A DNA stretch of 60,223 bases, filler included, from Streblomastix strix (GCA_008636045.1; 3 parts of 3 records of this genome joined end to end with filler, not necessarily neighbours in it), one strand, 5' to 3'. Shown: positions 38,573 through 52,739, counted from the first letter of the whole stretch. The notes: generated from the sequence alone by a model not told the origin. A program made the numbers and translations.

Positions 38573-38849
38573 TTAATTTCCAGATAAATAAATAAAATAA
38601 AAGTCAAATTAATCAACATTTGGTTCTTTTCCTTTGTTTTAGCACGCTTTTGAGGCTTTAATGGATAAATTAGCCCATTAATTTAACTATAAATGAAGCA
38701 ACTTTCCCAAGACTATACTAATCATCTGATTCTCAATAACTTTCTAATTAACATATATCAAAGAGTTCAAAAACTAGTGCAGCTAATTTTCGATAAAAAC
38801 TATTAAAATTTGTACGAAATCAACAATAAAATTAAAATTAATGTCGAAA

Positions 38850-39975
38850 TTACAGCGATATATTGAAATATGCAGCAACTTCAATATTTGATGCTCCATG
38901 GGTCCAACTATGTGTTTCAATTTATTTCACTTGAAAATTTAACCATAATGCAATTATTACTTGGTCTGATGATGTTACATTAGCATTTAAAGAAAGAGCT
39001 GATGAAATAACTCCGTCATTGGATAATAGATGAGCTAAATCAAAATAGTAAAAATTTTGTTTATTTATAAGAAAGATCTGTATATGCACAAATATGGATC
39101 GCTTGTAATGAAGATTCTGGTATTGACACCATATTTTTATTAATTAGAAGATTCTCACTGTTTCGATGGTACATTGAATCTAAAACACTACCTGAAACAA
39201 TTGTTTTGTAACAAAAACCTCAAATGAAATGCAAATTTTTGAAGGAAATAAATCATAGAAAATTCATTAAACGCTTTCATGACGACTGATTCGGAAAAGT
39301 TGAAGTTCATATTGAATGTTATATTATTTGATGAAGATGAAATTGATTATGGAGGTATATCCAGAGAATGGTTCATTTTAATCTTTCTTAAGATCACAAA
39401 TCCGAATTATGTACTTTTCAAAGGAAGTGTAGATAGATAGATATATACGTCACAATATTTCTTTATTATATATGAATCAGGATAAATTAAATTTCATATT
39501 CTTGAACAGAGTTCTTATAAAAGTTCTAAAATAGGATTTCCAAGTTGAAACTCACTTCTCACATTTGAGATATAAAAGTCTTATTGATTTGTCTTTCCTT
39601 CTATCAGATCTGGAACCGATTGATGCTGATGCTTATTAATAACTTGTTTTCATTATCGTCTATGATCCATCTGTTCTTATGCTTGATTATGAACTTTAAA
39701 TCATAGAATTTGATCAAATGAAAGTATATGAACTTACAAATATGGAAAAATATTGAATTTAAATTGGAGAATTAGAAAGAATATATCAAACGTTTAATCA
39801 TGCAAAAGTTAGCAGTCAATATTGGTAGACAGTTACGTGAGACATAGAAAGATTTTCATGAATTATTACTTTATGGACGTTTGAAAGCGTTCTCATCAGC
39901 TGAATTAGAGATCATGTTATGTGAAGTTGATCAAATCTATTTTGAATATTTGAAAGCCAATATAGATTATATTAG
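38850..39975 (+). pseudogene. HECT-type E3 ubiquitin ligase remnant
   Basis: EDEIDYGGISREWF, ITNPNYVLF, SDLEPIDADAY, KEYIKRL, AFSSAELEIMLC, YLKANIDY. Frameshifts present; catalytic C-lobe absent before the contig end. Confidence 0.75.
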
Positions 39976-39991
39976 TTTGTATTAATTAATT

Positions 39992-40118
<127 letters not shown>

Positions 40119-40218
40119 NNNNNNNNNNNNNNNNNNNNNNNNNNNNNNNNNNNNNNNNNNNNTTAATTAATTAANNNNNNNNNNNNNNNNNNNNNNNNNN
40201 NNNNNNNNNNNNNNNNNN
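40119..40218. other. Artificial contig-joining linker
   Basis: N44-TTAATTAATTAA-N44. Confidence 0.97.
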
Positions 40219-41399
40219 TGTCCGTCGAGCTTGACTACATTTCAGAAAAAACGATCAGGCCCTTAAGCGCCTTTATGTCCAAATAAACAGGGAAGCTCGC
40301 ATTAGCGAAAGGATTGTGACATAATCCGACCGCAGGGAGGGTTATTAATAATATTTGGAGTTTATTTTTAATTCATGAATGATGTAAATTTTTATGAGAG
40401 AGATGAATTTGTTCATTCAATGAAGAAAATTTTATAGATAGAAATAAAATAAAGAAACGGGATAAAGATTATGTCAATATTTAGTAAGAATATTGATTGA
40501 AATCTAAAAAATAAATAAATTTGATTTGTAAAAGTTGTAAGAGTTTGTAAGAAAAAGTACATTTAATCAGATAATGAAGAGAACCAATAAAATGAGTTGA
40601 ATCAATTGAACCAATACAAGAGAATTAAACGAAGAATCTAAAAAAAATAATTAAAGAATTAAAAAAAAAATAATAAATCTAGGAGGATGGGAAAGGAATG
40701 CTCTTGAGATATTCTCAATAAATAAAAGTAAATACAGTACTTATTTAAAATAGTTAATTTGCTTTATTTTTTAATATCATATTGAAGGATATTTAGCAAA
40801 TTGTAATTTTTTATTGTTTTTAATCCTGTAAAAAAGTATTTTGGTCTGTTATCTATTTTTCTGTCGTTGTTACTTTTTATGTATGAAAACTGCAATTCAA
40901 CTAATATTCATGAGAAATAAATAAGAAAAAACCGTTGAAAAAATAAAAAACCACTTGCAATTCAAGTTTTGAAATATTTTATAATAAAATACAAATTATT
41001 GAATAATTTCATAAATAAACATTTTATTATACCTTTTCAATAAAAATTACCCATGATTTATAAGAATCAGCAACCAAATAAAACAAATTGATTTTTCCCA
41101 AGACAACACCTACTAATTTTGTCGCACACCATCTCATGTCACACTACAAAAAATATAAAAATTTAATAAGAAAATTTTATTGATAACTACTATTTAACTC
41201 GCCCAAAAATTACCAAGCAAAATATTTTAATAATAATTGTCGCTTTAACTGCCGAAATTAATTTGAACATATATGTTTGTTATATTTATGGAAATGTTAA
41301 AACTAATACTATAACTTTTTTATTGAATACAACTAATTGACAATACACCTTTTTTTTTGTTATTTTTTAATTTAATTTTTTTTATTCACATTAAAAGAA

Positions 41400-42650
41400 A
41401 TGATAAATATTGATTCATAAAGGAACATCTTTCCAAATAGCATTCGGAACTAACCCAGAGTTCAAGAACCAGAAATTAATAAGGTTTAAAAGCTGCATTT
41501 ATTTATTTATTTATTTTATTTATAATCTCTTTAATTAGTATCTGAATATTCTTGATGCACTTGAATCTGGGATAGAAGAGTTAGATTGTGAATTACTTCG
41601 TCACTTCATAGATGGTATAATTCAATAATCAAATTTGAAACATTTAAACAATTATTTTATTATATTAACAGAAAATTTGCAACTCGAGACAATATATGCT
41701 AAAAAACCAGGAAAGAATATTGCATATGAGAGTATAATTTCAATCCTTTTTGAACTGCTTATGGTATTATATATTTATTTTATTTATAACTCTTATATCA
41801 TCATATATTTTTAATTGAAATTTATTTTGCATTTATTTAATTAATATTCATAATTTATTAGTCTCAATCTGAGCATGATAGTGAAGAAACAATGAATATT
41901 TTCAGAGAAGGAATTAATAAACGAAAAGATTTCAAACGGTCTGTTTGTGGAAGAGGTGGAATTCTGAGAAGATCCGCATAAGTCTTTTAACAACCATTAT
42001 TCTCAGAATATATTCCACAATCTTCTTCATCTTTATCTTCCTCATCACATACAGCATAATTTGTTCCAATTCGTTCACTACTGAATTTAATTAATGTACA
42101 TTTAGAGTTAACTAAGAATAGAATTCGTTAATGGGATCCAATTGAAGCCGATGAATTTTTGAATGAATTAATAAAATTAAATGAAAAATTAAATAGAAAT
42201 GAAAATGAGAAAGATTAAAAAGGAAAATTAAAATCCAAACAAGGAGATGAAGATGATGAAGATGATTAAAATGAAGATGAAGAAAATGAAGAAACAAAAT
42301 TCAAAGAAAATATTAAATCCTTAATTTATTTGATATCATCAAAAGGATTAACTAAAGTGAGTTCAGAATAATAATCACAATTTTCATTGATAAATGCTTT
42401 AAGACATGGAATGGAATTATTAGAAAAATAAAATGAAGAATTTTAATCATCAAATTATGCAAATACTGAAGATTTGAAAATCTAATTAGATATATGTAAA
42501 AAGAGCTGGCAAAGATGATAGCAAAGCATTTATTACTTAAATCATTAGTTTCTCGAATTCTTCAAAACATGAAGCTTCATTATAAAAAATTAACACATGC
42601 TACTAGACAGTAAGGTTGCAACGAATATATAAAACTGAATCATAAACTTT
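41400..42650 (+). CDS. Hypothetical helical protein with about 3 short introns; 3' end uncertain
   Basis: MINIDSQGTSFQIAFGTNPEF; ILDALESGIEELDCELLRHFI; FREGINKRKDFKRSVCGRGGILRR; WDPIEADEFLNEL. AT-rich GT-AG gaps. Confidence 0.5.
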
Positions 42651-43600
42651 GATAAAATTGGAGTTGGAGCTAACTACTATTTAGGAAGAATACTCCCCAA
42701 CACATTTAAATTATTTCATTTAAAGCAATTATAACAACAGACGCATATAGACGAAGATGTGGCGCTACATTCTAGATAAATAATCAAAGAACAGAAATTA
42801 AGTGTGGAGCTAGATAGAGAAAGAAATGGAATCTTAAATTATGTAATAAAAGAGAATTGGCTGCGAAGTATTGCATTTTACTTAAATTCGGATAGCAATT
42901 GCGTGAGAAGAACATACATTCTATTATCTTGAGAATTGACAACATAATAACATGTTTCAATATCAATAGGAAGAATTCATCTAAAACTGCAGACTCAATA
43001 ACTCGAAAGAACAGAGCTGGAGATTACCATCTAAAAACGCACGTAGAAAAATATATATTATAGTCGAAGAAATTCACTCCTACCATAGATTTCTCTGCAA
43101 ATGGAAAATCAAAAACTGTCTAAACGGTACTGCACAGTACGTATGGATCGCCTTGCTGATGCGTGAGATGCATTTAGTATAAACTGATAGAGAGAATAAC
43201 ATGTGAGATATGTTCCAATTCTTTTGATCAGACAATGCCTTTATAGATACAAATAAAAAAAATAAATGCAATATTGATAATCCCAAATTTTAAAGGATAA
43301 TATTGGTTGATTCCGATTTGATTGATGATATAAACCCAAATTAATATAGGTAAGTAAAAACAAATTCTTTAGAATGGCCAAATTGCAACAATAAGAGGAT
43401 GGGCTCTACCTTCTGGAGAGCTTCTCGCGATTTTTGAATTAGACAAGATTAAGGAATACGAGGAAAACAATTGTACAGATAAGCAATGAAATCAATTGGA
43501 GCTTCAAATATATAAATTGAAAACAAAATAAAGCTAGTGAGAAGATCTTAAAGAAGGCAAAAAATTTGTCTAGGACATTTAACAAAATACTTCAAATTGA
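42650..43600 (+). pseudogene. Heavily decayed DIRS RNase H/MTase/YR fragment
   Basis: TDAYRRRCGATF, WNLKLCNKRELAA, IILRIDNIITCFNINR. Confidence 0.55.
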
Positions 43601-44209
43601 AAGATAATATCGCCTTTTCATCGCGTACTTCTCATTTTACCGCATCACGTGGTCGAGCCTAACTGCAACTAGCCTTGCGAGGTAGGGTACTTGAGCTTGT
43701 GATGTTCTAAATTAAAGAAATGTAATGGAAATGAGAAAGAAATTTATGTAGTATTTGCTTTAAAATTCGGTGATAACGATAATTTCGAATTGATTAAGTG
43801 TCAAACCCAACAGATGGGTTTGGCCTAAATCATATACTACATTATCCACATCATCGTTTATTGTATACTAAACATAAAATAGTTATATATTGATTAATAG
43901 TATTAATAAATGTAATTATAAACTCATTTAAATAATATATTTCATATAATTTAATTAAATTTTTATTTTTATAATTTGTTTTAACTTATTATAATCTTAT
44001 TTAAATTATTTCAAGTTAACTGAATTTAATATGTTTTCCTATAATTTAATTTATATTTATTTAAATTAATTTAAGTTTTTTATTCTAAATCTATTTATTT
44101 AAATTTAATTTAATATTATTATCATACATCAAATCATATAACATATTCACATTAAAAATATATATTCTATTTTAACAATTAATTTTTAATTATATTATTA
44201 TTAAGAAAA

Positions 44210-47200
44210 TAACCTCAGAGTCTTTCAATATTAGAGCTGCCAGATCACGTGTAATGGGTTTATAGTAGAATATATCGCAAACGTTTGATCCAGGTGCATG
44301 TCTTGTAGCTTCGTTAACTTCCTCTTACGTTGTGCCTTCCTTTCTCATCTTTGTCATCATTGAATGTCGAACTGATGAATCAGCAAATTACTAATCTACA
44401 CCAATATCATCCAGCAATTTCCTAAGTTCTTTGCTACATCCAATTCCTCCCAATATCCTCCCTTTATTATAATCCAGCCAGATTCCTTCATTCATTTCTT
44501 TAGTGCATTCCTTTGCATTCAACCACTTTTCCATTGCAGCTACCGAACTGCCATTCTTTTCTTAAGTTTCTCAACTATAATTTTTTATTCTCATCAGCTA
44601 CTAATCAATGTCTAAATTTTTCCTTATGATTGCAGCAAGTTCAGCCATTCTTTTCGCTGAGAAGGCTACAATCAGTCCCTTCGTTCTTTACATCAAAACT
44701 CTACCTTCTCTATGCCCTTCTCTGAGTATGAATCTTGGTAATTAGCACAGATTCCATTCAGATTGATATTTATACTTCTTCCCATTATATATTAAGTCTC
44801 TTAACAATTGCTTACGCTATATGGCACTGAGCAACATCACGTGCTTCTGAAAACAAAGCGAGCCCTACTCCAATTTGAGTTTTCATTTTTTTCATTTTCT
44901 ACAAAATTGATTTTCTTCCTCTCTTCTCTAGAGAGGTTAATACATTTGCCAGAATCACATCTGCAATAGTAGTTAGATTTTGTTTTGTTTCCAATTTCTT
45001 TTCATCCAAATACTGCTAGAACAAATGAAGTCGAGTTCTTCTTTTTCTCCAAGTTTCCTATCCCGAACTAAGTATTATGCTGCTCACAGCTTCATCATCA
45101 AATCCAATGCATTCACTAATTTTTCTTAATATGTGTTCTCATAACGCATGCTTGCCAATCGGATAGCTTTCATTCTTCCAGGAGCTAGCTGTTGATGTAG
45201 ATACTTCATTACTTAGCCCATCTCCAAGCAATCATTAACTTCACCCAGATCCACTTCTGCCATCTTCATCGCCTATATCCACCTCGACTAAACTTAACCT
45301 TTCCAATTTGGTATTATCAGAATTTCTTCTGCATTGTCTTCCCGAACTTTCAAAAGTATTTTAAATTTCTAAATTATCGGAGGATAAAGGTATGGATCAT
45401 TTTAACCCCAGTTGAAACTGTAACCGTTTAATGTGAAACCGAGGTTGTCTTATAAAAAGCTGCAATTGCTTTAAAGACGTTTATTAGTTCGAGATGCGAG
45501 GATGTCCAGCCATGCAGGAAGTTCTAGTATTGTTAATGCTTGATCCAAAACTTTCTGCTTCATGTATTAGTCCCCATTAGCTGCTATGCGTCTCAGAGAG
45601 TTCTGAACTACATTATTATACCTTCAAATATGTACTATTTCCAGTTTCAGGCGATTCTCCTAAATATACTTCCAAATTCTTCTCACAATCTATAATCGTT
45701 CCCATTCAGCCTTTCACTTCCTTATATAGAAATCTCTGACTGAGTTATCTGTTCCAAATAGGATGTAACTTCCGATTGAAATGAAATTTCTCAGACTCCT
45801 TAACGCCTTCAGAATTGCAATCATTTCTAACTGATTAGAGATTCTAGCTATCTATTATTTACCCAATTCCTCTATCTTATAGATTTGCTGCTCCTCCATT
45901 GCTACTAGTTCTAAGACAGCTCTTCAACTCGTTTCTGAAGCATCCGTGGTTAATACTAAGCTTGGTTGAGTCTTCTCGAAGCACAATGGATAATTCTCCT
46001 TGACTTTCTCCCACCACCATGTTAAGTCTCCCAGTGGTCTTCTATCCATCCTGCATATGCCTCTTTAATAAATCCTGAACATTGCTTATGTTTAAACTCC
46101 ATTCAGTGACCTTGTATGCAATGATTCTTCCATCAATTACGACCTTACGAAGTTCAGCTCTCCGATTATAGATGCCAAATCCTTGATCTTTACTTTTTCT
46201 CGCCTTTTACCAATTTCTATCCATCTTCACAATTTTTGCTTCAACAGCCTGCATCTGACTGCTGTCAATAAGATTGTCAAGTTCAATATAGACCATTTCA
46301 ATCACAATAACTCGAGTATCATTTATGTACTTGTCCAACACTTCTGTTTCTTTAATCTCCAGCTTAATTATTCCATGAACTTCATCATCTCCAACGTGTC
46401 CGTCTGCAATTAATCTTTGTTCCAGCTCAATAATAGGATGACGTCTATATATTGTATCACTTGCACTTTCCATCGTTCTCTAATATCTTGCACTGCTTGC
46501 TTCATTATTCGACATTTTATCGTTGGACTCCGGTTCCATCCGAATGGTAGACCCACATATGTGTAATTTTTGCCTCAAAAATGAAAACAGAAATATTTCT
46601 GAAATTCTTAGCTGACTCTCACATGATGATAATACTTCCGCATATCTAGATGTGTTGAATAATCCCCTATCTGTATTTATTACATCACTGCGTTAATATT
46701 CTCCATCTAAAAAATATGCTGGTTTTGTTGCTGTATTCAAGTCTCTGCAGTTTAGATTCTTCCTTTTCTTTCAATCAGTTTGGGGAACAGTGTATGATGT
46801 GTTCCAGTGTAAAATTTCCTCTTCATTAGTATATCATATTGCTCCTAATTTCAGTTCCTAACTCAATTCTTCCAAGATCATGCTCTTTCTAACTCTATCT
46901 ATATTTTCCATATGCAGTCCAAACTTCAGTTATGGCCTGTTTAAACAATATCAGCTAGTCCATGCTGGTCGTACTCCCATTTCAATCAAATAATCTGCAT
47001 CAATTTGTTACCACTAATTGATTAGGTTCAACAATCTGTTAAGTAACTTCTCATCCTATATACTTGATTTTAAAATATCCCTCCAGTTCAATATCACCTT
47101 AGTTTCATTATAAGTTAAATTATTATCCTGAATTTTTATCATTCTCAGAATAACATTACAAGTCTATCTATAAGCTATTCTACATTGTATCAGACTCAAT

Positions 47201-48180
47201 CTGGCCTTCTGTTTCGCGCCCAGATTTCGATCTGATTCACTGATTCTTTTAATGATCAGATTGAGAATGGTTCTCCAGTTGAGGTTTGGGTAACTATGGA
47301 GATGCCATGTTTAGTCCACGTTTATGCCCAGGTTGCCAGGATCGATTATCAAAATGGTGTTGCTGATACAGATTTTTTTTAGAAAAATTTTAGATTGCAC
47401 ATAGTTTAGGCAATCATCTATACATTTGTTTGTTAACTTCAACGAGGAAGTTAATGCAACTGATTACCTAATTTTTCATAATTGTTTTAATTATTGAAGC
47501 GTATGAATTAGTTGACTGGAGAGCTAAAGTTGGAGAATCTTCTACATTACTTCATATTATTGAATTATCTCTGGTTCTACTCGAAGGTATTCATGAATGG
47601 CACTTACTATTATTATACTTGTTGCGTTTATCATCAGCAATTGGCTAGAAGCAGGTTGTTAATTACGTTGAAATCTGCATCAAGCTCTTGAGCTCTTCAG
47701 CAATAGTCGCTTTTGATTCGGAATCAAGTTGTAGTATAATGCCATCACCTGTTAGCAACGCCTCCTTCGCACATGAAGGAATAACTGCCACTTCTCTTCT
47801 TTTCAAGGCATTTCCAGCTACAATTCTACAAACATGATGTGCTGAAAATAGTCATCGTTGATCTTACGTTGTTAATACCAATCAGAGATACTTTTGCAGC
47901 CTTAATCATCATCTGCGCACGAATTGCAAAATTCTGTAATTCCTATTCTATTTATGATACTTTATCGCAAGCAAAAGCTTTTTTTGCCTTGTCTTCGTGA
48001 GTCAGAATACTAACCATCTGTACTCTTCGACGAATTTCCAATCTTGTTTCCTCCGACGCTCGTTCAATGGTTTAGATTAGTTCGTCCATGCTTATGTGAC
48101 TATAGCCTTCTAAAACAACTTTTCTCAAAGATAAGCGCATTAAGTCAACTCATTAACTGGCGAGTAGTTCGTCCTTCATA
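44210..48180 (-). mobile_element. DIRS-type retrotransposon (gag, RT, RNase H, MTase-like, YR), frameshifted
   Basis: RILNCRDLN, YVGLPFGWNRSPT, YIDD-like motif, LTTDASETS*RA, SNQLEMIAI, GTDNSV, YLYPPII, YR SVRHSMMTKMR...EVNEATRHAPGSNVCDIFYYKP. Confidence 0.9.
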
Positions 48181-51100
48181 CAGATATAGATAAAGTCGGA
48201 GGAGATAATGTCTTCCTAACAATAAAGAGTGCAAAAGATTCTGCAATCTGACCTATAAAATTGGTTCATACATTAGTAGACTATTCAGAAATCAAAAAGC
48301 AATTATGGGCTGATTCATTGTTGGAATTAAAATCGGAATAAACCGGCGTCAATTGATAAATGTTCTCAATTAGTAAAATTGATTACTTGCGTCTGCCAGA
48401 ATTTAAAATTCGCGAAATTCTCGCAAGTCTCAAGTTTCAGGACACAGGACTCGAACAGGAGGACCCAGACTATGAAGTAAAGGTATAGCTTATTTCTACA
48501 GTTTTAATTAACGAAGACAAGGAAAAACAAGCGAAAGGAGCCAAGCTGCAAGCGTCTGAAGGTTTCATTCCTCTTAGTCAAATTGCGCACGATGTTAGGA
48601 TAGCTTGGGCTGAGGACAGGCATAAAACCAAGGAAAAGGATAACACTCTGGACTAGAAAGGGTCTAGACAATAGGAACTGCTGTCTGAGCTCATGGAAAT
48701 CGACAAATCAATAAAGCGCAAAAGATCTCCAGAAAGCGAACAATCTTCACGTTCGTCAAGAGAAAGTAAACAAAAGCATCATGTATCTTCAAGACATGGC
48801 CATCACTACCACAGGAAACGGTTTAGAAGGTCTAGGTCGTACTCAAGGAGCGGATCGAATTCCAGGAACAGGTCGAGGTCCAAGTCTAGGTCCAGGTCCA
48901 GGTAAAAGTCGAGGTCTCCAGTTTACGAATCATTGAGCGAGTCTGACAAGAGGCTGCTAAGACAACTGGTCCACGCTACAGAAATAGAAAGGAGAAGTTT
49001 CAAACCAGAGTCAGTGAGAGTAAGGAGCAGGTGATTACAAGATGCACTAGATCGGAGGTGCAGAGATGAGCATGTATGGCCAACCACGGAGCCTATAGAG
49101 CAGTCAAGGATTGAGCAAACTTCAGCTTATGCGGATGTCTCGAAATCGCTTTCAGCAGCAGATGGAGCAGCTTTAGGAGCTCTGAAGTCAGTCATTTGAA
49201 GGGAATCGCCGATCAAGCACATTACGGACACATTCCTGATGATACTAAGTGCAGGACATAGGTTCAGGGTGATCAGAGAGTCCGCCAACTTATACGGCTG
49301 GAAAAGGTGTCACGTTCTGAGTGGTGGAAACCAAGCCATTTCTCGATAAACGCAAGAAGCGCTCGAAAGAAAGGCGAAGCTGTTTAGCAAAAATAGAAGC
49401 AATAGATACTATGACTATAAGAAAAATGATAGAAGAGGTTCCAGACATGACTATTGAAGTCACAATAGATGACCCATCGCAGAAGTCGATGATGAGTATT
49501 AAACACCTCTCATTTAATAATAGCAAACCCCAAGAAGATTAAAGAGCGCAGTTGCAGTGATGTATATCAATAAACTCACCCAGGACTAAGCTAAAGACTG
49601 AAATTATTTTAATTATTAATACAATGCTGCAATTAGCTATGAATAAGGCTTAAACAGAGCCTCAGATAATTACTAACTAGGTCGTAGGAGCTAGACTAGT
49701 TAGGTATCTCTCGGAATTGAAAAATATAGGAGCCTAGGGAGTCATTTTGTAAGGTATGTCAGCGGAATGGAGAAATAAATTTAGTAAATATATATTAAAT
49801 AATTAAATGAAAATTAATGATTTTAAATGAACATTTTTGGAGAGAGAGAAATTGAGAAATATAATATTTTAGGAACTCAAAGACGGAGTAATTCGTGTGG
49901 CTAAATCAGGAGAAGTGGGATTCCTGAGCTCAATTCACGTAGCCCTCAAGAAGGAAGGAAAATGGAGAAAGATATTAGACTGTAGAGAACTGAACAAATA
50001 ACTCCGAATAGAACCATTTAAAATGGATGGGGTTCAATAGATTAAGTAGTTGATTACTTAGAGGGATTTCGCTACAAGCCTCGATCTACATCAAGCATTC
50101 CATCATATTAGGGTAAGTACAGAGTTTCAACCTTATCTGGGGTTCAGATTCGAGAAGATAGATTACATATATTAGGGGATTCCTTTCGGAGTAGCAACAG
50201 CACCTCGAAAATTTACGAAAACGCTCAAACCAGCAATGATGGAATTGAGAAGAAGGTGGGAATCACGAATACTAGCATATGCGGATGACATACTTTTACC
50301 GAATTAGGACTAGTAGATATTGAGACAGGAGACAGTGGAAATCAAGAACTTCTTAATGAGTCTGGGATGGCTAATAGCAGAGGACAAGAGTCAAATGGAA
50401 TCAAGTCAGGAGTTTGAGTTTCTGGGTTGGCTTTGGAGAAAGGAGGAGATGACCTTCTAACTTACAGTGGATAGGAGAAGAAGCATGCTTAAGAAGCTAA
50501 GACTAATGATGAACAAGGTTAAGAATAGAGAAAAGATCCCAGTAAGAAAACTAACAAGCTTAATTGGAGGAATCCGATTTATAGAAGCACAATGGAAACG
50601 AGGGCCTCTACTTACAAAGCAATTGGATCATCTGAAAAGCAAGACTGCAAACCAGAGCGGTTGGAAAAGCCTAGTTCAATTGACACCGTAGCTGATGAAA
50701 GACCTAAGCTGGTGGTTTAATAAGGTTAAAATTAATAATCCATATTGTTTTCTTTATCCAACCAGATGGGCAACAATTTAAACGGATGCCTCTAAGGACG
50801 GATGAGGAGCAACGCTAAAGACTCAATAATACGAGAAGAGAATAGCATGGGGACATTGGAAAACAGCTATGCTCACATCATCTAACTAGAGAGAGTTACT
50901 AGCTATTCTTCTCACAATGAAATGATTTTTGAAGATTTTGTAAAGCGTACATGTGGAAGGCATTATAGTGCTGACAGATAACACAGTAGCTATGTTTAAC
51001 TTGAATAAAGGTAGAGCAGCTCTCCCTCTAGTAGGTTTAGTGAATAGCATTCTACTTTTGGCGGAACAACAGAAATGGAAAGTCGAAGCGTAACACATAC

Positions 51101-51418
51101 CAGGGATAATGAACAAGGAGCCAGATAGCTTGTCTTGAATAGATCGATCAGGCGATTATGCGATCAACAAAGACATTCTTCATACAGCACTGATGAAACT
51201 GAAAATAGAAATAACGATGGACGCATTCGCCACACGTATCAACAGATAGCAGAGAAAGTTTTGTAGTGTAACCAAGGACATACGGGCAATGGCAAGAGAC
51301 GGCTTATCAATCAGTTGGGAGAAGACACGTCTCAGCCTTGACAATATTAGCAAAATACTTGGAATAGTATAATTAATAATGGAAAGAATTACGAACATTA
51401 GAACAACCAAGTGCATTC

Positions 51419-52739
51419 ATGGCGAACTTCTTATCAGATTAAATGGAGAAAGGAACTTCTGATAACTCATTAAAGTCTTGTAGAGGAGCATTAGCAGTAC
51501 TGCTGTCATTCATAGGATATAAGGAAGAGGAAGTACATAGCAAGCTAGTAGCGCAGTTAATGAAACCAGTCTTAATGAGAACTAGACATAAAGATAGAGA
51601 GAATGAGTAATGGGATTTGAATGTATTACTTGAATAGATTTTAAAAGAGGAAGTAGAATTATTCCGGAGAAATCTGTCAATAGAAGAAACTATGACAATA
51701 TCCTTAACTCTATGTATGATCTTCACGGTTGTCAGATTAGCATAACTATTTAGAGCAACTTTGATCAACGAAACCGAAAAGGAAATCACCTTAGAAGCAG
51801 TAATATTAAAGAAACCATCAAGAATAATCGAGCTAAAATTAAAGAAAGCTCTAGATTAGAGAATTTGCCCAGTGCGCTGGTGGAAAGCATGGTATAATAA
51901 TAGAGACAAAGACCTCAATCCTACAACTGGCTACCTTTGGAATACATCCAAATAGAATAGAACTAATTCGCCAGACGGCTTGAGCAAGAGAATACGCTCG
52001 CTGATGTAGAAGGCTGGAATTGCTAGAGGTTTTACAGTCACATCTGTGAGATCTGCTGCCATTACAAAGCTGATTAATATGGGAGCAAATGCAACAGCGG
52101 TAGACAGATTCACACATCATTCAGATGTTGTTAGTACAGTGAGGCAATATTATGATAAAAATAGTTTGTAAGCTATGTCTTCAGGATACATATTTATCAT
52201 CTATATTATTATTTAATAATTTTATATTAAACTACAAATATAATACTATTTATATAAGAACATTTATATATCAACAATTAGATAAAGATACAGTGCGGGC
52301 ATTGATTGTAGAAGTCAAAGAGGAGAGTGCTGGAGAGTCTGAGTCCGAGGTCGAGGCAGAAGAGGAGTTGGGTTTAGCCAATCATACACCAGGCACGATG
52401 GGACTTTCTCCAAAAAAAGAGTTTTCGCCCATAGCGACCTTTTTTGAGATTAATAATTCACCACACATTTTTATTAAACCCAACTCCAACGCTAGCGCGT
52501 CCTTTCAACACGCAGAGTCCAATAAACAAAGGGAGAGCTCATCTTCTCTGGAGGAGGTGATGCATGTTCTGAAAGTACATGCAATATCCTCCGAAAGAGA
52601 AGTGAGCTCCACCTTTGTCCCTCCCGTGCATGGAAGTCCCGCTCGAAAAAAGAAAAAGTAGAAGAAGAACTAGAGAGATGGAGCTCCAACCTGTCCCAAG
52701 AGTGTCTCAGCGAGAAGCGAAGGGAAAGAATAACAATGA
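51419..52739 (+). CDS. DIRS tyrosine recombinase with putative intron 52164-52281 and acidic/low-complexity tail
   Basis: Open table-6 frame with YR-like R...xxR...H...Y residues. Splicing GTTTGT...TTAG gives YYDKNNKDTVRAL, ending at TGA 52737-52739. The N-terminus is removed by an internal deletion. Confidence 0.65.

Larger units (their letters stand above)
22900..38600. mobile_element. Degenerate endogenous Polinton/Maverick-like DNA virus; boundaries approximate, no TIRs seen
   Basis: Intron-less, densely packed block with protein-primed PolB, a probable capsid protein, fibre, rve integrase and two HNH proteins, sharing an intergenic motif. Confidence 0.8.

Noticed and set aside
40219..40345. 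GC-richer segment at the start of contig 3
   Set aside because: Too short, with no recognisable protein or RNA motif.
50790..51140. In-frame TGA at Trp positions (e.g. DG*GA), suggesting TGA=Trp or read-through of all three stops
   Set aside because: TGA also replaces Arg codons, co-occurs with frameshifts in decayed elements, and intact host genes use TGG for Trp and end at TGA. Mutational decay explains it better.
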